A stretch of 64,000 nucleotides of DNA from Candidatus Woesebacteria bacterium RIFCSPLOWO2_01_FULL_39_23 (GTDB taxonomy: Bacteria; Patescibacteriota; Microgenomatia; UBA8517), in assembly GCA_001793095.1 (NCBI GenBank), contig MGHG01000009.1, positions 157,042 through 221,041 of the forward strand, given 5' to 3'. The notes under the pieces are model-generated. The model searched no databases. It was not told where the DNA came from and saw only the letters and a list, made by a program, of their open reading frames with translations. The position numbers and the translations under genes were made by a program. Positions 48,010 through 58,532 of the stretch are shown piece after piece. Position 1 is the first letter of the stretch. Each line of letters opens with the position of its first letter.

Positions 48010-48816
48010 CTACGTTAGGCTTATTTTAGTTATTAAATTATCGATATCTTCTTCCAAATAAGCTTCTGCAACATTAATAAACCCCGTCGGATCATCCGTC
48101 AGATAATATTCATCGTCATCGAATCGTTTTTCGGCGTAAAGATCACTTTTATCGAGTATTTTGGACAGTTCTTGTGCTAAACCGACAGCGGGATTAATTA
48201 ACCTAACGTTTCTCCCCATTTCATCACCAATTACCTTGTCAATTATTGGGTAGTGCGTACATCCTAAAATTAATGCATCAATATCTTTACTTTTTAATTC
48301 GGATAGGTATTTTTTTGCAACTAATTCGATTATTTTACCCTTAGTTTCACCTTCTTCAATTAACGGAACAAAGAGTGGGCACGCTTTTGCATATACATCA
48401 ATATTGGAATTCTTAGCTTTAAGTTTTTTCTGATAAACTCCGCTTCTTACTGTTCCGGCGGTTGCGATAATTCCGATTTTTCTTATATTCCCTTCTATGG
48501 CACTATCAACTGCAGGGTCAATTACGTTTAGAATCGGAATATCAGTCGTATTTTTAATTGCATCCGTCGCCCAAGCTGATGAGGTATTACAGGCAATAAC
48601 GATACATTTAACTTTTTTTGTGACTAAAAATTTTGTATTTTCTAAAGAAAATTTGATTACCGTCGAGCTGCTCCTGGTTCCGTATGGTACTCGTGCAGTA
48701 TCTCCTAAATATATGATTTTCTCGTCAGGTAGTACTTTCTTAATTTCCTTGACAACAGTCAACCCGCCTAATCCCGAATCGAATACACCAATCGGACTGT
48801 TGTTCATATTACTCAA
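48010..48816 (-). CDS. murI: glutamate racemase
   Basis: IGVFDSGLGGLTV and the second Cys motif ALILGCTHYP. Confidence 0.85.
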   Translation of the reverse strand: MSNMNNSPIGVFDSGLGGLTVVKEIKKVLPDEKIIYLGDTARVPYGTRSSSTVIKFSLENTKFLVTKKVKCIVIACNTSSAWATDAIKNTTDIPILNVIDPAVDSAIEGNIRKIGIIATAGTVRSGVYQKKLKAKNSNIDVYAKACPLFVPLIEEGETKGKIIELVAKKYLSELKSKDIDALILGCTHYPIIDKVIGDEMGRNVRLINPAVGLAQELSKILDKSDLYAEKRFDDDEYYLTDDPTGFINVAEAYLEEDIDNLITKISLT

Positions 48817-50177
48817 AGAAGTGATACGGCAGTTTTAAATTGGTTCCCCCGATCTTTATAATCTTTAAACATATCGAAAGAAGAGCTTCCTGGTGACAGT
48901 AGTACCACCCCACCTTTGGGTGTAATTTGTATACATTTTTTCACGATGTCTTTCATATTACTTTTTCCCAAACTGTAAATTTTGCCTGCAAATTTTGTTG
49001 TAGTCAAACTGTCTTTTATTCTATCTGCTATATCCCCAATTAGTATAACGTTTGTTATGTTCGTTTTTGACTTGCATCCCTCTGCAATTTCTTCATACTT
49101 TAAACCCTTGTCAAATCCTCCTAGAATAACCGTTAACGGTTCTTCAAACGCATTTATTGCAGCTAGAGCTGTTTGAGGATTGGTTGAAAACGAGTCGTTA
49201 TAATACGTAACTCCATTTACTTCTCTGACAAGCTCAAGTCTGTGTTCAAGACCTCTGAACAAGAAAATTACATCCTTTATTATATTCGGTCTTACGCCTG
49301 CTAAATATGCAGCACAACTTGCCGCACAAACATTTTCCCAGTTATGTCTGCCTCTTAATAACAGACTATTAACATCACCCAATTTAACGTTTTTGCTTTT
49401 ATCATCGATATTAATTTCGTTATCTTTAACGAATGACCCCAATACTTCTTTATCTTTTGAAAAATAATAAACTCGGGCTTGTGTATGTTTAGCAAATTTT
49501 CGAGAAGCTTCAAAGTCATAATTTAAGATTGCATAATCCGTTGGGTTCTGAAATTTGACTATTCTTAACTTGGCGTCAACATACTCTTCCCTGTTTTTAT
49601 GCCAATCCATGTGATCCTCTGTTATGTTTAAAACAACTGCCATATGAGGACTTCTAGCCATATCTATTAGCTGAAACGAGGATAATTCCAATACTACCCA
49701 GCTCGTAATTTTTAATTTTGGTAAAAGTCTTAGCATAGGAGCGCCGATATTCCCCGCCAGGTGTATATCAAAACCGCCTTTCTTTAAAATTTCATAAATT
49801 AATGTACTCGTCGTTCCTTTTCCTTTTGTCCCTGTTACACCTATTATTTTTGCAGGACATAAGTCAAAAAAAAGATCTGTAACTGAGGTTACAATTGTTC
49901 CCCTTTTTTCTGCTTCGACAATTTCCGGAAGATATCTGTAAACCCCAGGGGCTCGAAAAATTACATCAAAGTTTTTCAACCCTTTCTTCAGATATGTATT
50001 ACCTAAGATAAGCTTTAATTTAGACTTATCGATCACACCGAAATCCAATTCTTCTTCTTCCTTCAAATCGAAGACTGTTATATCCGCTCCCTTTTCTATT
50101 AAAAACTCAGCTGCATCCGACCCGTTAATTCCCCAGCCTAATATTGCAACTTTTTTATTTTTCCAACTGTTACTCAT
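48813..50177 (-). CDS. murD: UDP-N-acetylmuramoylalanine--D-glutamate ligase
   Basis: N-terminal Rossmann VAILGWGINGSDAAEFL and Mur P-loop GVTGTKGKGTT. Confidence 0.85.
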   Translation of the reverse strand: MSNSWKNKKVAILGWGINGSDAAEFLIEKGADITVFDLKEEEELDFGVIDKSKLKLILGNTYLKKGLKNFDVIFRAPGVYRYLPEIVEAEKRGTIVTSVTDLFFDLCPAKIIGVTGTKGKGTTSTLIYEILKKGGFDIHLAGNIGAPMLRLLPKLKITSWVVLELSSFQLIDMARSPHMAVVLNITEDHMDWHKNREEYVDAKLRIVKFQNPTDYAILNYDFEASRKFAKHTQARVYYFSKDKEVLGSFVKDNEINIDDKSKNVKLGDVNSLLLRGRHNWENVCAASCAAYLAGVRPNIIKDVIFLFRGLEHRLELVREVNGVTYYNDSFSTNPQTALAAINAFEEPLTVILGGFDKGLKYEEIAEGCKSKTNITNVILIGDIADRIKDSLTTTKFAGKIYSLGKSNMKDIVKKCIQITPKGGVVLLSPGSSSFDMFKDYKDRGNQFKTAVSLL

Positions 50178-51148
50178 AGTTTTTCGAAGCCTAAAAGTTG
50201 AACCTCCGGTTCAAGTTTAATTCCAAATTTTTTTTCAACTTTATTTGCGTATTCGTAAGCCAAAGAATAAAAATCGTCGGCTTTGCCGTTTCCCAAATTT
50301 ACGATAAGGTTTCCGTGGTAATCTGCTATTTTTACGCTTCCCCTTTGTTGTCCCCGTGCTCCAACTTCTTGCATTAAATAGCCGGCCGGAATTTTTCCGT
50401 ATACAATTTTTTCCTTCGCAATTTTATTAAGTACAGATGCCGATAACTCATCAGCAATAATATTTTTAAAAAAAGAACCCGGACACTTTATACCCGGAGG
50501 ATACTTTTGTGACCGCATGGCAATTATATCCAAAGACACTTTTTTCATAAATTCTGACACCCCTTTTTCGAACTCAAACTCAGCTTCTAGAATCGTTTCA
50601 TTTTTCTTCTTAAAAATACTATCCCGATAACTAAATTTACAATCAGTTTTTGTGTACCACTTAATTATCTTTCCATTGAAAGTTTTTACTTTTAAAATAT
50701 GGTCGCTAATGGTTTGGCCGTATGCTCCGGCATTGCCGTATATCGCACCCCCCACCGTACCCGGAATTCCGGACATTTTCTCTATACCGGAATAACCCTT
50801 GCCAATTGTGAAGTTTATGAATTTTTGTAAATTCGTTCCGGACTTTACCATAATTTTACTGCCATTAATTCGTACATCATCTACTTTATTGATAATCACA
50901 AACCCCATAAAACCCAGATCAGATACAAGCAGATCGCTGCCCTCCCCGATAACGATATAGGGAATTTTATATTTAAACGCTAGCTTTACCAATTTAATCA
51001 ATTCTTCATCTTCATTTACTTCTGATAAAAGTCTGGCCGGTCCTCCAATATCCAGGGTCGTATGAAAAGCCATCGGTTCATTCAATATAACTTTATTGCC
51101 TAATTCTTTTTTAACTTTAAGGAAATTATCAATTTTTGAGTTTTTCAT
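50174..51148 (-). CDS. murB: UDP-N-acetylenolpyruvoylglucosamine reductase
   Basis: FAD-binding fold (TLDIGGPARLL ... IGEGSDLL) and the MurB C-terminal domain. Confidence 0.85.
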   Translation of the reverse strand: MKNSKIDNFLKVKKELGNKVILNEPMAFHTTLDIGGPARLLSEVNEDEELIKLVKLAFKYKIPYIVIGEGSDLLVSDLGFMGFVIINKVDDVRINGSKIMVKSGTNLQKFINFTIGKGYSGIEKMSGIPGTVGGAIYGNAGAYGQTISDHILKVKTFNGKIIKWYTKTDCKFSYRDSIFKKKNETILEAEFEFEKGVSEFMKKVSLDIIAMRSQKYPPGIKCPGSFFKNIIADELSASVLNKIAKEKIVYGKIPAGYLMQEVGARGQQRGSVKIADYHGNLIVNLGNGKADDFYSLAYEYANKVEKKFGIKLEPEVQLLGFEKL

Positions 51149-52538
51149 AAAGATGGAAGATATCTCCTGCTCCCATTGTTAAAACGACATCCTCAGGTCC
51201 GACGTTTTTCTTAATCCATTCTAGTGTTTTTTTACTATCTCCCAGATAAAAAGCCTTACTATTATATATTCCTGTAGTCTTAACCAACATGTGTGACGTA
51301 ACTGTTTCATCCTTACCCTCCCGGGCAGACGCATAAATATCCATAAATCCAACAATATCCGCCGACTTGAAACTTTCTGAAAATTCATCAAATAACGCTT
51401 TTGTCCTGGAGTATGTGTGCGGTTGAAATATTGCAATAATCCGTTTTTTTGGATACCAATCCCTAGCTGCTTTAATGACCGCCTGAATTTCTTTAGGATG
51501 GTGTGCATAATCGTCAACAAAAACCGCACCGTTGAAATGTGGCATTTCCTCAAACCTTCTCCGACATCCCAAATACCTCTCAAGTCCTCTTTTTATTAAG
51601 TCATAACTAATATTTAACCGCCAACCTACTACAAACGCAGCAAGCAAATTGAGTGCGTTATATTTACCGGGAATATTTACAACAACATTTTTTATTTCAC
51701 TCTTATCCTTTTTAATGTATATGTCAAAATTAACTTTCTGATTATTATTTCTTAGATTTTTAATTTGGAAATCTGCATGTTCACTAAAACCATAAGTGAC
51801 GGTATGAACATTAATATCTTTAATAACAGAGGCTACGTTTGCATTGTCAATGCATGCAACAAGTAGGCCGTCTTTAGGAATTTTTAAAAATAAATCTCGA
51901 AATATATTTTTAGTCTCCTCCAAATTCTTATATATATCCGGGTGATCATATTCAATGTTGGTAACAATAAGTATTTTTGGATTAAGAAGCATGAACTTCG
52001 GCGAGTTATTAATACCCGGAGAAACAACATATTCATCGGCTTCACAAATAAAGTGAGATCCATTTTTATCATATTTTCCAGGTGTACCTAATGGATAAAT
52101 ATTTCCTACTCCAACTGCAAAGGATGGTTGCAATTCAGCTGTATCCAAGATAACGCTAATTATGGATGACGTAGTCGTCTTTCCTCCTACTCCGCAAACT
52201 GCAATTAAATCTTTACTTTTTGATACCTCTGCCAGGAGCTCTGCAAACGTTAGAACGGGTATTTTCTTTTTTCTGGCAGCTACAACTTCGGGATTCATTA
52301 ATCCCCCATGAGCTCCGGTTGTAACAACAAGATCCGGTAAGGGTTGTAAATTCCCAACGCTAAAACCGTCTTTCCATGCAACGTTATTTTTGTGTAATAT
52401 CTCGTCAGTTACAAACTCTTCGCTTATATCGCTACCTGTAACTTTAATGCCTAAGTCACGCATGCATAAGGCAAGAGCAGTCATACCCACACCCTTAATA
52501 CCCGTAAAATGAATATGTTTTAACTTTGTTATTTCCAT
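51129..52538 (-). CDS. murC: UDP-N-acetylmuramate--L-alanine ligase
   Basis: HFTGIKGVGMTALA N-terminus and Mur P-loop GVGGKTTTSS. Confidence 0.85.
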   Translation of the reverse strand: MEITKLKHIHFTGIKGVGMTALALCMRDLGIKVTGSDISEEFVTDEILHKNNVAWKDGFSVGNLQPLPDLVVTTGAHGGLMNPEVVAARKKKIPVLTFAELLAEVSKSKDLIAVCGVGGKTTTSSIISVILDTAELQPSFAVGVGNIYPLGTPGKYDKNGSHFICEADEYVVSPGINNSPKFMLLNPKILIVTNIEYDHPDIYKNLEETKNIFRDLFLKIPKDGLLVACIDNANVASVIKDINVHTVTYGFSEHADFQIKNLRNNNQKVNFDIYIKKDKSEIKNVVVNIPGKYNALNLLAAFVVGWRLNISYDLIKRGLERYLGCRRRFEEMPHFNGAVFVDDYAHHPKEIQAVIKAARDWYPKKRIIAIFQPHTYSRTKALFDEFSESFKSADIVGFMDIYASAREGKDETVTSHMLVKTTGIYNSKAFYLGDSKKTLEWIKKNVGPEDVVLTMGAGDIFHLYEKLKN

Positions 52539-52605
52539 ACTAAAAGACTAACGCAGAATCTTTTTCACTACAGCACTACGTAGTGCTGTAGTATTAATCC
52601 ACTAA

Positions 52606-54162
52606 TTACTCAACTCGACTAATATTTTTTACACTCCCCGCTAATGCCATTTCCGCCGCTTCACGATCACTCCAAGGATACTCGACTCCTCGATAGTTCA
52701 TACTTTTTTCGTGACCCTTTCCGCAAATAACTACACTATCTCCAGGCTCGGCAAGTTTATTAATCGCAAAGGATATAGCTTCGCCTCGCTCTGGAATTCT
52801 CAAAAACAGCTTATACCCCTTACTACCGCGCGCTGTAGTGTGGTAGTTATCTGATTTCAGTTCGGATGAAGCCGCCTTATTGGCTCCGACAACCATCTGG
52901 TCAATAATATCATCGACATTCTCGCTTCTTGGATCCTCAGCCGTAAAAACAGTATAATCAGCACGCTCAGCAGAAATTTTTCCCATTAATGGACGTTTAT
53001 TGCTATCTCTTTCACCTGCACAACCGATAACTGCAGTTAATTTCCCTTTCGTTTGCTTTTTGATTAAAGTTAGAACATTTTCCAAAGCATTTGGAGTATG
53101 TGCAAAATCAACATAAATATCTATTCCTTTATCATTATTAACTTTCTCGAGTCTGCCTGAAAGGAGAGGAAAATCAAGTAAATAATTTGCAATGTCATCA
53201 ACACCGACACCATAAGGGAGACAAGCCGCAGTCGCTGCCAATATGTTATGAACATTATAGGCCCCTAAAAGCGTTGTTTTAACTATATTCTCGGAAGTGC
53301 CATATCTTAATCTAAAATCCATATATTTATCCTCAAAATTTATTTTATCAGCCATTAAATCAGATTTTGTCTTTACGCCATAACTAATCAAGCGGGTTTC
53401 TTTATTAAGAATATTTTCAAAAAAGGCACTACTTTTGTCGTCGTTATTCAATACTGCATATTTAACATTTTTAAATAAGTTCGCTTTCGATTTCCTGTAA
53501 CTTTCCATACTCTTGTGATAATCAAGGTGTTCATGCGTTAAGTTCGTTAAAACTCCTGTGTCAAACTTTATTCCCGCTACCCTCTCTTGATCTAACCCGT
53601 GTGAAGTTACTTCAATGACAACATACTCAGCTTTATTCTCAACCATTTCGGCCAAAAATTCATAAAGTAAAAGAGGTTCCGGATTTGTAACATGGAAACC
53701 CGTTTCGTATTCCTGATTACCAATCTTAGCTGAAATCGTACTAAGTAAACCAACCCTAAGACCCTTTTTCAGCAAAAACCAATATATTAAATTGGCAGTT
53801 GTAGTTTTTCCGTCGGTCCCGGTTACCCCAATAACTTTCATCTTCTGTGCCGGATTATTAAAATATGAAGATGCTAGTAGTGCTAAAGCACGTCTGCTGT
53901 TACTCACTTCGATACGTGTTACATTTTTATTTACATCCTTGGGAATATATTCTCCCACGATTATAGAGGCTCCTTTTTTAACCGCTTCCGGAATTAGTAG
54001 ATGTGCATCAATATGTAACCCTTTTATTGCAACAAAAAGATCTCCCTTTTCTATTTTTCGTGTATCATCGACTATCTTTTTAAAAGCGACGTTTTTTTCT
54101 CCCGTAATGACGAAGTCAAAACTTTTATCGGCGATATTTTTAAGAAGTAAATCAAGTTTCAT
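52606..54162 (-). CDS. murE: UDP-MurNAc-L-Ala-D-Glu--2,6-diaminopimelate (or L-Lys) ligase
   Basis: Mur P-loop GVTGTDGKTTT and a DNPR-type motif variant (EDPRSE). Confidence 0.85.
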   Translation of the reverse strand: MKLDLLLKNIADKSFDFVITGEKNVAFKKIVDDTRKIEKGDLFVAIKGLHIDAHLLIPEAVKKGASIIVGEYIPKDVNKNVTRIEVSNSRRALALLASSYFNNPAQKMKVIGVTGTDGKTTTANLIYWFLLKKGLRVGLLSTISAKIGNQEYETGFHVTNPEPLLLYEFLAEMVENKAEYVVIEVTSHGLDQERVAGIKFDTGVLTNLTHEHLDYHKSMESYRKSKANLFKNVKYAVLNNDDKSSAFFENILNKETRLISYGVKTKSDLMADKINFEDKYMDFRLRYGTSENIVKTTLLGAYNVHNILAATAACLPYGVGVDDIANYLLDFPLLSGRLEKVNNDKGIDIYVDFAHTPNALENVLTLIKKQTKGKLTAVIGCAGERDSNKRPLMGKISAERADYTVFTAEDPRSENVDDIIDQMVVGANKAASSELKSDNYHTTARGSKGYKLFLRIPERGEAISFAINKLAEPGDSVVICGKGHEKSMNYRGVEYPWSDREAAEMALAGSVKNISRVE

Positions 54163-55448
54163 TTTAACTCTGTAACTTTAGCGCCAAGTTTCTGGAGATT
54201 CTCGGCAAAATATGGATGTCCTCTATAGAGTGCATCAGCATTTAATATTGTAGATTCTTCTTCACAAATCATACATGCCATAACCATAGCCACAGTTGCT
54301 CTAATAATATACGGGGCTTCCAAAACATCTCCAATAAGTTTACCGCCGGAGATTACAACAATCCTGTGGGGATCAGCCATTATTATGGTTGCACCTAATT
54401 TTGTCAGTTCGGATGTCCAAAAAAGTCCGGCATCATACATCCAATTATGGAAAAGTACCTGACCTGAATTGGCTGCCATAGCTAGAGGAATAAATAGAGG
54501 TAACATATCAACAGGTAGTCCAGGCCAAGGTTGAGCTTTTATTGTCAGTAGGTTTCGTCCTTCTTCACAAGCAATTTTTATTTTCTGACCGGCTTCCACG
54601 ATCGCACTATTCCCATCGTATTTTATTGCCACTCCGAAATTTTTAAACACCTCGTTTATCTTTACAAAAAGTTCCGGATGCGCATTTAATACTTTAACCT
54701 CACCACCTGTCACGGCGCCCATTGAAAGAAATGTTGCAATTTCATAATGATCGCTGAAAATGCTGTATTTCATCGGTGCAAGATATTTTCCCCCGCCTAC
54801 AGTGATAACCGATGAGCCGACTCCATGAATATCGGCACCTGCCTGATTCAAAAAATAACATAAATCCTGGACTTGGGGTTCCGAAGCAGCCCCAATTATT
54901 TTTGTAACGCCGTTTAAAGATGTCGCAAGCATAATCGCATTTTCGGTTGCAGTTGGACTCATTTCAGACAACCAAAATTCCGCAGGTTTTGCTTCTTCGG
55001 CATTCATTTTTATTCCTGTATCATTATCTATTATTTTCACACCCATACTTCGAAATGCATTATAATGCGGAACCAATGTTCGATAACCCAAAGTACATCC
55101 TCCCGGAATACCTCCAAATTCGACTTTCTTTAATCTTGCTAGCATTGGACCCCAGAGTAGCGAGGTTCCCCGCATTGTATTCCAATCATCCCTACTGACT
55201 CCTGAAAAAGATATATCTGAATTATCTATTTCCATTTCTCTTTTTTCTTTATCCCACTTAATCCTACTCCCAAGTTTCTCCATAATAGAAACTAGTTTCG
55301 TAACATCGGTTATCTCAGGTATATTCTGCAAAACTACTGGTTTATCAAACATCAGCGTTGAAGGTATTATCGCAACAGAAGAATTTTTACTGCCGGATGG
55401 AGTGATTTCCCCCTGTAATTTTTGTCCGCCTTTTATACTGATATCCAT
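54159..55448 (-). CDS. murA: UDP-N-acetylglucosamine 1-carboxyvinyltransferase
   Basis: EPSP-synthase fold N-terminus (IKGGQKLQGEITPSGSKNS) with the catalytic Cys loop region. Confidence 0.9.
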   Translation of the reverse strand: MDISIKGGQKLQGEITPSGSKNSSVAIIPSTLMFDKPVVLQNIPEITDVTKLVSIMEKLGSRIKWDKEKREMEIDNSDISFSGVSRDDWNTMRGTSLLWGPMLARLKKVEFGGIPGGCTLGYRTLVPHYNAFRSMGVKIIDNDTGIKMNAEEAKPAEFWLSEMSPTATENAIMLATSLNGVTKIIGAASEPQVQDLCYFLNQAGADIHGVGSSVITVGGGKYLAPMKYSIFSDHYEIATFLSMGAVTGGEVKVLNAHPELFVKINEVFKNFGVAIKYDGNSAIVEAGQKIKIACEEGRNLLTIKAQPWPGLPVDMLPLFIPLAMAANSGQVLFHNWMYDAGLFWTSELTKLGATIIMADPHRIVVISGGKLIGDVLEAPYIIRATVAMVMACMICEEESTILNADALYRGHPYFAENLQKLGAKVTELK

Positions 55449-55497
55449 TTAGCCTTCAATTAGACAATTATACAACTTTTAGGTTCTTTTAAGAAAA

Positions 55498-57207
55498 TTA
55501 TTCTCCCTCCGGTTGCATATCAAAATATAAGAATAATTTTCTGGCTATAGTATACCAAAGAGGAGCTGCTGTCTCCGAAGCCCAAGGAGAGCTTGCAGGT
55601 TCCTGTAGGGTAACAAACATTATAAACTTCGGTTTGTCGTACGGCGCGAAACCAATAAAGCTTGCGTTCGTTTTATCAGCATCATAATGACCTGCAATCG
55701 GAATTTGCGCCGTACCTGTTTTTCCAGCCACCTTAAAACCCTTCTGATACGTCCATTTCGATTCACCATGTTTTGCCGCCTCAACCATCATTGCGGTAAT
55801 AAGACTCGATGTTTCTTGGGATATAACTCTAACGCCCTCATTTTTATCGACCGCAAATTCCCTATCCCCGGCTGTTAATTCTGATACTACTTTCGGTTTC
55901 ATTAGAATTCCCCGATTAGCAATGGCACCAACTGCCCGTATCAGCTGAATTGGCGTTACGGCAATGCCTTGGCCGAATCCGGCAGTAACCAAATCTACTT
56001 CACTCCAATCTTTATCGCTCCTTAAGGCCGGAGAAGACTCACCTTGTAAATCAATTTCTGTCCGGCTTCCTATACCGAACTTCTTCAGATAATCTAGCAT
56101 TCTCTCCTCACCAAGTTTTCTGGCAGTAAACGCCATTCCTACATTATCGGAATTTACAATTACTTCAGTCATTGAGGAATTCGGGTGATATACGTTGTTC
56201 CAAGTTTCAATAGAATATTTATCAACTTTTAAGGGGCCGTAACATGTTTCGCATTTAGTATCAGGGTTTACAATGTGTGCATCAAGAGCAGAAGCCATAA
56301 CTATCACTTTAAATACAGACCCGGGCTCAAATGACGATGAAATTGCGGGGTTTAAAAAAAATTCATTCCCATATTCCCAGTATTTCGATGGATCGTAATT
56401 TGGGTATGAGCTCATACCGAGAACACCTCCCGTCATCGGATCCATTACAATAACCGAACCCGACTTAGCGCCGTATTTTTCCACACCTTTTTTTAATTCC
56501 ACATCTAGGGCTAACTGAACAGTTTTATCAATATAGGTAACTAGGTCGACCCCCTCAATTGCCCCAATCTCTTTTACTTTTCCAATGAGAATCGGGTCCC
56601 CGAAAACGTCTTCCTCCCTTTCCATAAACCCGGGTTTTCCAGATAGAACTAAATCATAATAACCCTCCAACCCAAAATAACCCTTATCCTCACCTTGTGA
56701 ATTCTTACCTACAAAACCCAGAAGCTGCGCCGCTGAAGATGCTTCTGGATAAAAACGACCCTCTTCCGGGTCAAAGCCTATACCGCGAATTTTAAGGGCT
56801 TCGATATTTTTCTTTACAGTGCTAGTTATTTGATGTTTAATCGGAACCCAAACTACCCCAGTCCTCGATAACGCTTCCTTAATTTGCATTTCTTCATTCT
56901 TAATACCCACGACGCTCTGATCTTCGGCTAGAAATGGCGCGAGTTCGTTTGAAAGCTCTGTCGGACTTAGGCTCAATTCATTCAAAGAAGCAAAAAGTAG
57001 GTAGTTGTCCTGACTTGCAACAAGGAATGATTTATCGTGTGCCTTAATATTGCCGCGCGGCGCTGAAATTACATAACCGGCTTCGTGTTGAAAGCGAACT
57101 GAAGCTGAGAGGGCGTCCCCTTTTATTATTTGCCAATAAAAAAGTCTCCCGATTACCAAAGCAAAAGCTAAATAAATAAGAATAGTAAACACCTTCAATC
57201 GTGGCAT
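55498..57207 (-). CDS. ftsI: class B penicillin-binding protein (peptidoglycan D,D-transpeptidase FtsI)
   Basis: N-terminal TM; transpeptidase motifs SVFK, SDN, KTGT. Confidence 0.85.
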   Translation of the reverse strand: MPRLKVFTILIYLAFALVIGRLFYWQIIKGDALSASVRFQHEAGYVISAPRGNIKAHDKSFLVASQDNYLLFASLNELSLSPTELSNELAPFLAEDQSVVGIKNEEMQIKEALSRTGVVWVPIKHQITSTVKKNIEALKIRGIGFDPEEGRFYPEASSAAQLLGFVGKNSQGEDKGYFGLEGYYDLVLSGKPGFMEREEDVFGDPILIGKVKEIGAIEGVDLVTYIDKTVQLALDVELKKGVEKYGAKSGSVIVMDPMTGGVLGMSSYPNYDPSKYWEYGNEFFLNPAISSSFEPGSVFKVIVMASALDAHIVNPDTKCETCYGPLKVDKYSIETWNNVYHPNSSMTEVIVNSDNVGMAFTARKLGEERMLDYLKKFGIGSRTEIDLQGESSPALRSDKDWSEVDLVTAGFGQGIAVTPIQLIRAVGAIANRGILMKPKVVSELTAGDREFAVDKNEGVRVISQETSSLITAMMVEAAKHGESKWTYQKGFKVAGKTGTAQIPIAGHYDADKTNASFIGFAPYDKPKFIMFVTLQEPASSPWASETAAPLWYTIARKLFLYFDMQPEGE

Positions 57208-57231
57208 ATTTTAAGGAAGAACTTCAATGGC

Positions 57232-57552
57232 TTACGGCAATTTTGCAATACTCTCCTCGCTTTTTATATAAAAAATAGAACTAGATCGAATAAAACCTAA
57301 TAAGTTTGATTCTTCATTTAATTTAGTTAATGAGCTTAATTCAACAAGTTCATGATTCAGCTCGTTATTAGCCAATATTATAGTTAATTCTTTTTTGTCA
57401 AGTAATATAACTCTGTCACTTAATGAAGCCGTATATATGGTAAAAACTACTGTGCTTATAATCAAAATTACAAACACGGAAAGCGACGATAACAAGACCC
57501 AGTTTCTTTTATTACCCGATTCTAAATGTTTCTTTACTTTAAAAATTCTCAT
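57232..57552 (-). CDS. ftsL: FtsL-like small bitopic cell division protein
   Basis: 106 aa with a single TM, positioned between rsmH and ftsI. Confidence 0.5.
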   Translation of the reverse strand: MRIFKVKKHLESGNKRNWVLLSSLSVFVILIISTVVFTIYTASLSDRVILLDKKELTIILANNELNHELVELSSLTKLNEESNLLGFIRSSSIFYIKSEESIAKLP

Positions 57553-58532
57553 ATTTTCTCGAGAACTCTGAGCTTCGCACTCCTGGCTCTCGGATTACTA
57601 CCAATCTCAGATTGCGCCGGTCTAATTAGTTTTTTATATATAATATTTGCCTTTTCTGAACTGACAAGCGTTTGAAAATAGTTTTTTACCTGCTTGTCTT
57701 CACCGGAATGAAAACTAATTACTGCCATTCTTCCGCCACTTTTTAATAAACTAAAGGCTTTAGGCAAGGCAATACTTATACTCTCAAGCTCATTGTTAAC
57801 AGCTAAACGTAACGCTAAAAAGGGTAGAGTTGAATAACTAATGCTTCCTATAAACTTAGATTTTTTTCTTTTAATACCTGCCTTATCCAGGATTTCTATA
57901 AAATCACCTACTGTCTCAATTTTTTTGCTTCTTCGCTCCTCAATTATGCTCACCGAAATTTTCCTCGATAAATAAACAGGCATTACTTCAGCAAACATTT
58001 TTTCAAGATCATGTATACCTAGCGCAGAAAGTAACATAGCAGCCGTAACTCCCTGCTTTTGGTCATTAAAACGCATGTCCAAGGGTGCGTCGGGGTTTTT
58101 AAAGGAAAATCCGCGGGGAAAGCCATAATGCAGGCTACTTATACCCAAATCAAACAAAATTCCTTCGACTTCATTAAAACCACGCTCTTGGGCAATTGAA
58201 TATATTTCTCTAAAGTTTCCACAAATCAGGGTATAACAACCATCCGGATTGTCAGTTGGGCAAGTATCCAACCCGGAGGGCATTCCTGCCCGGAGGGCAA
58301 ATTCTAAATTTTCCCTGGCAACCTCAATCATTTTCGGGTCAGCGTCGATACCTAAGACCCGCCCTCCGCGTTTGACAATTTCAATTGTGTGTCCTCCCGC
58401 GCCTACCGTCGCATCTATATACTTCTTTGTGTCAACAATTTCCTGAGATTTTAAAGGTGCTAAGTTAACATTAAGTCCTGATAGTACTTCGTTAACTAAA
58501 ACCGGAACATGTCTTACTTTCAAATTATTCAC
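57549..58532 (-). CDS. rsmH: 16S rRNA (cytosine1402-N4)-methyltransferase
   Basis: HVPVLVNEVL ... DATVGAGGHT ... GILFDLGISS are RsmH/MraW motifs. Confidence 0.9.
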   Translation of the reverse strand: MNNLKVRHVPVLVNEVLSGLNVNLAPLKSQEIVDTKKYIDATVGAGGHTIEIVKRGGRVLGIDADPKMIEVARENLEFALRAGMPSGLDTCPTDNPDGCYTLICGNFREIYSIAQERGFNEVEGILFDLGISSLHYGFPRGFSFKNPDAPLDMRFNDQKQGVTAAMLLSALGIHDLEKMFAEVMPVYLSRKISVSIIEERRSKKIETVGDFIEILDKAGIKRKKSKFIGSISYSTLPFLALRLAVNNELESISIALPKAFSLLKSGGRMAVISFHSGEDKQVKNYFQTLVSSEKANIIYKKLIRPAQSEIGSNPRARSAKLRVLEKI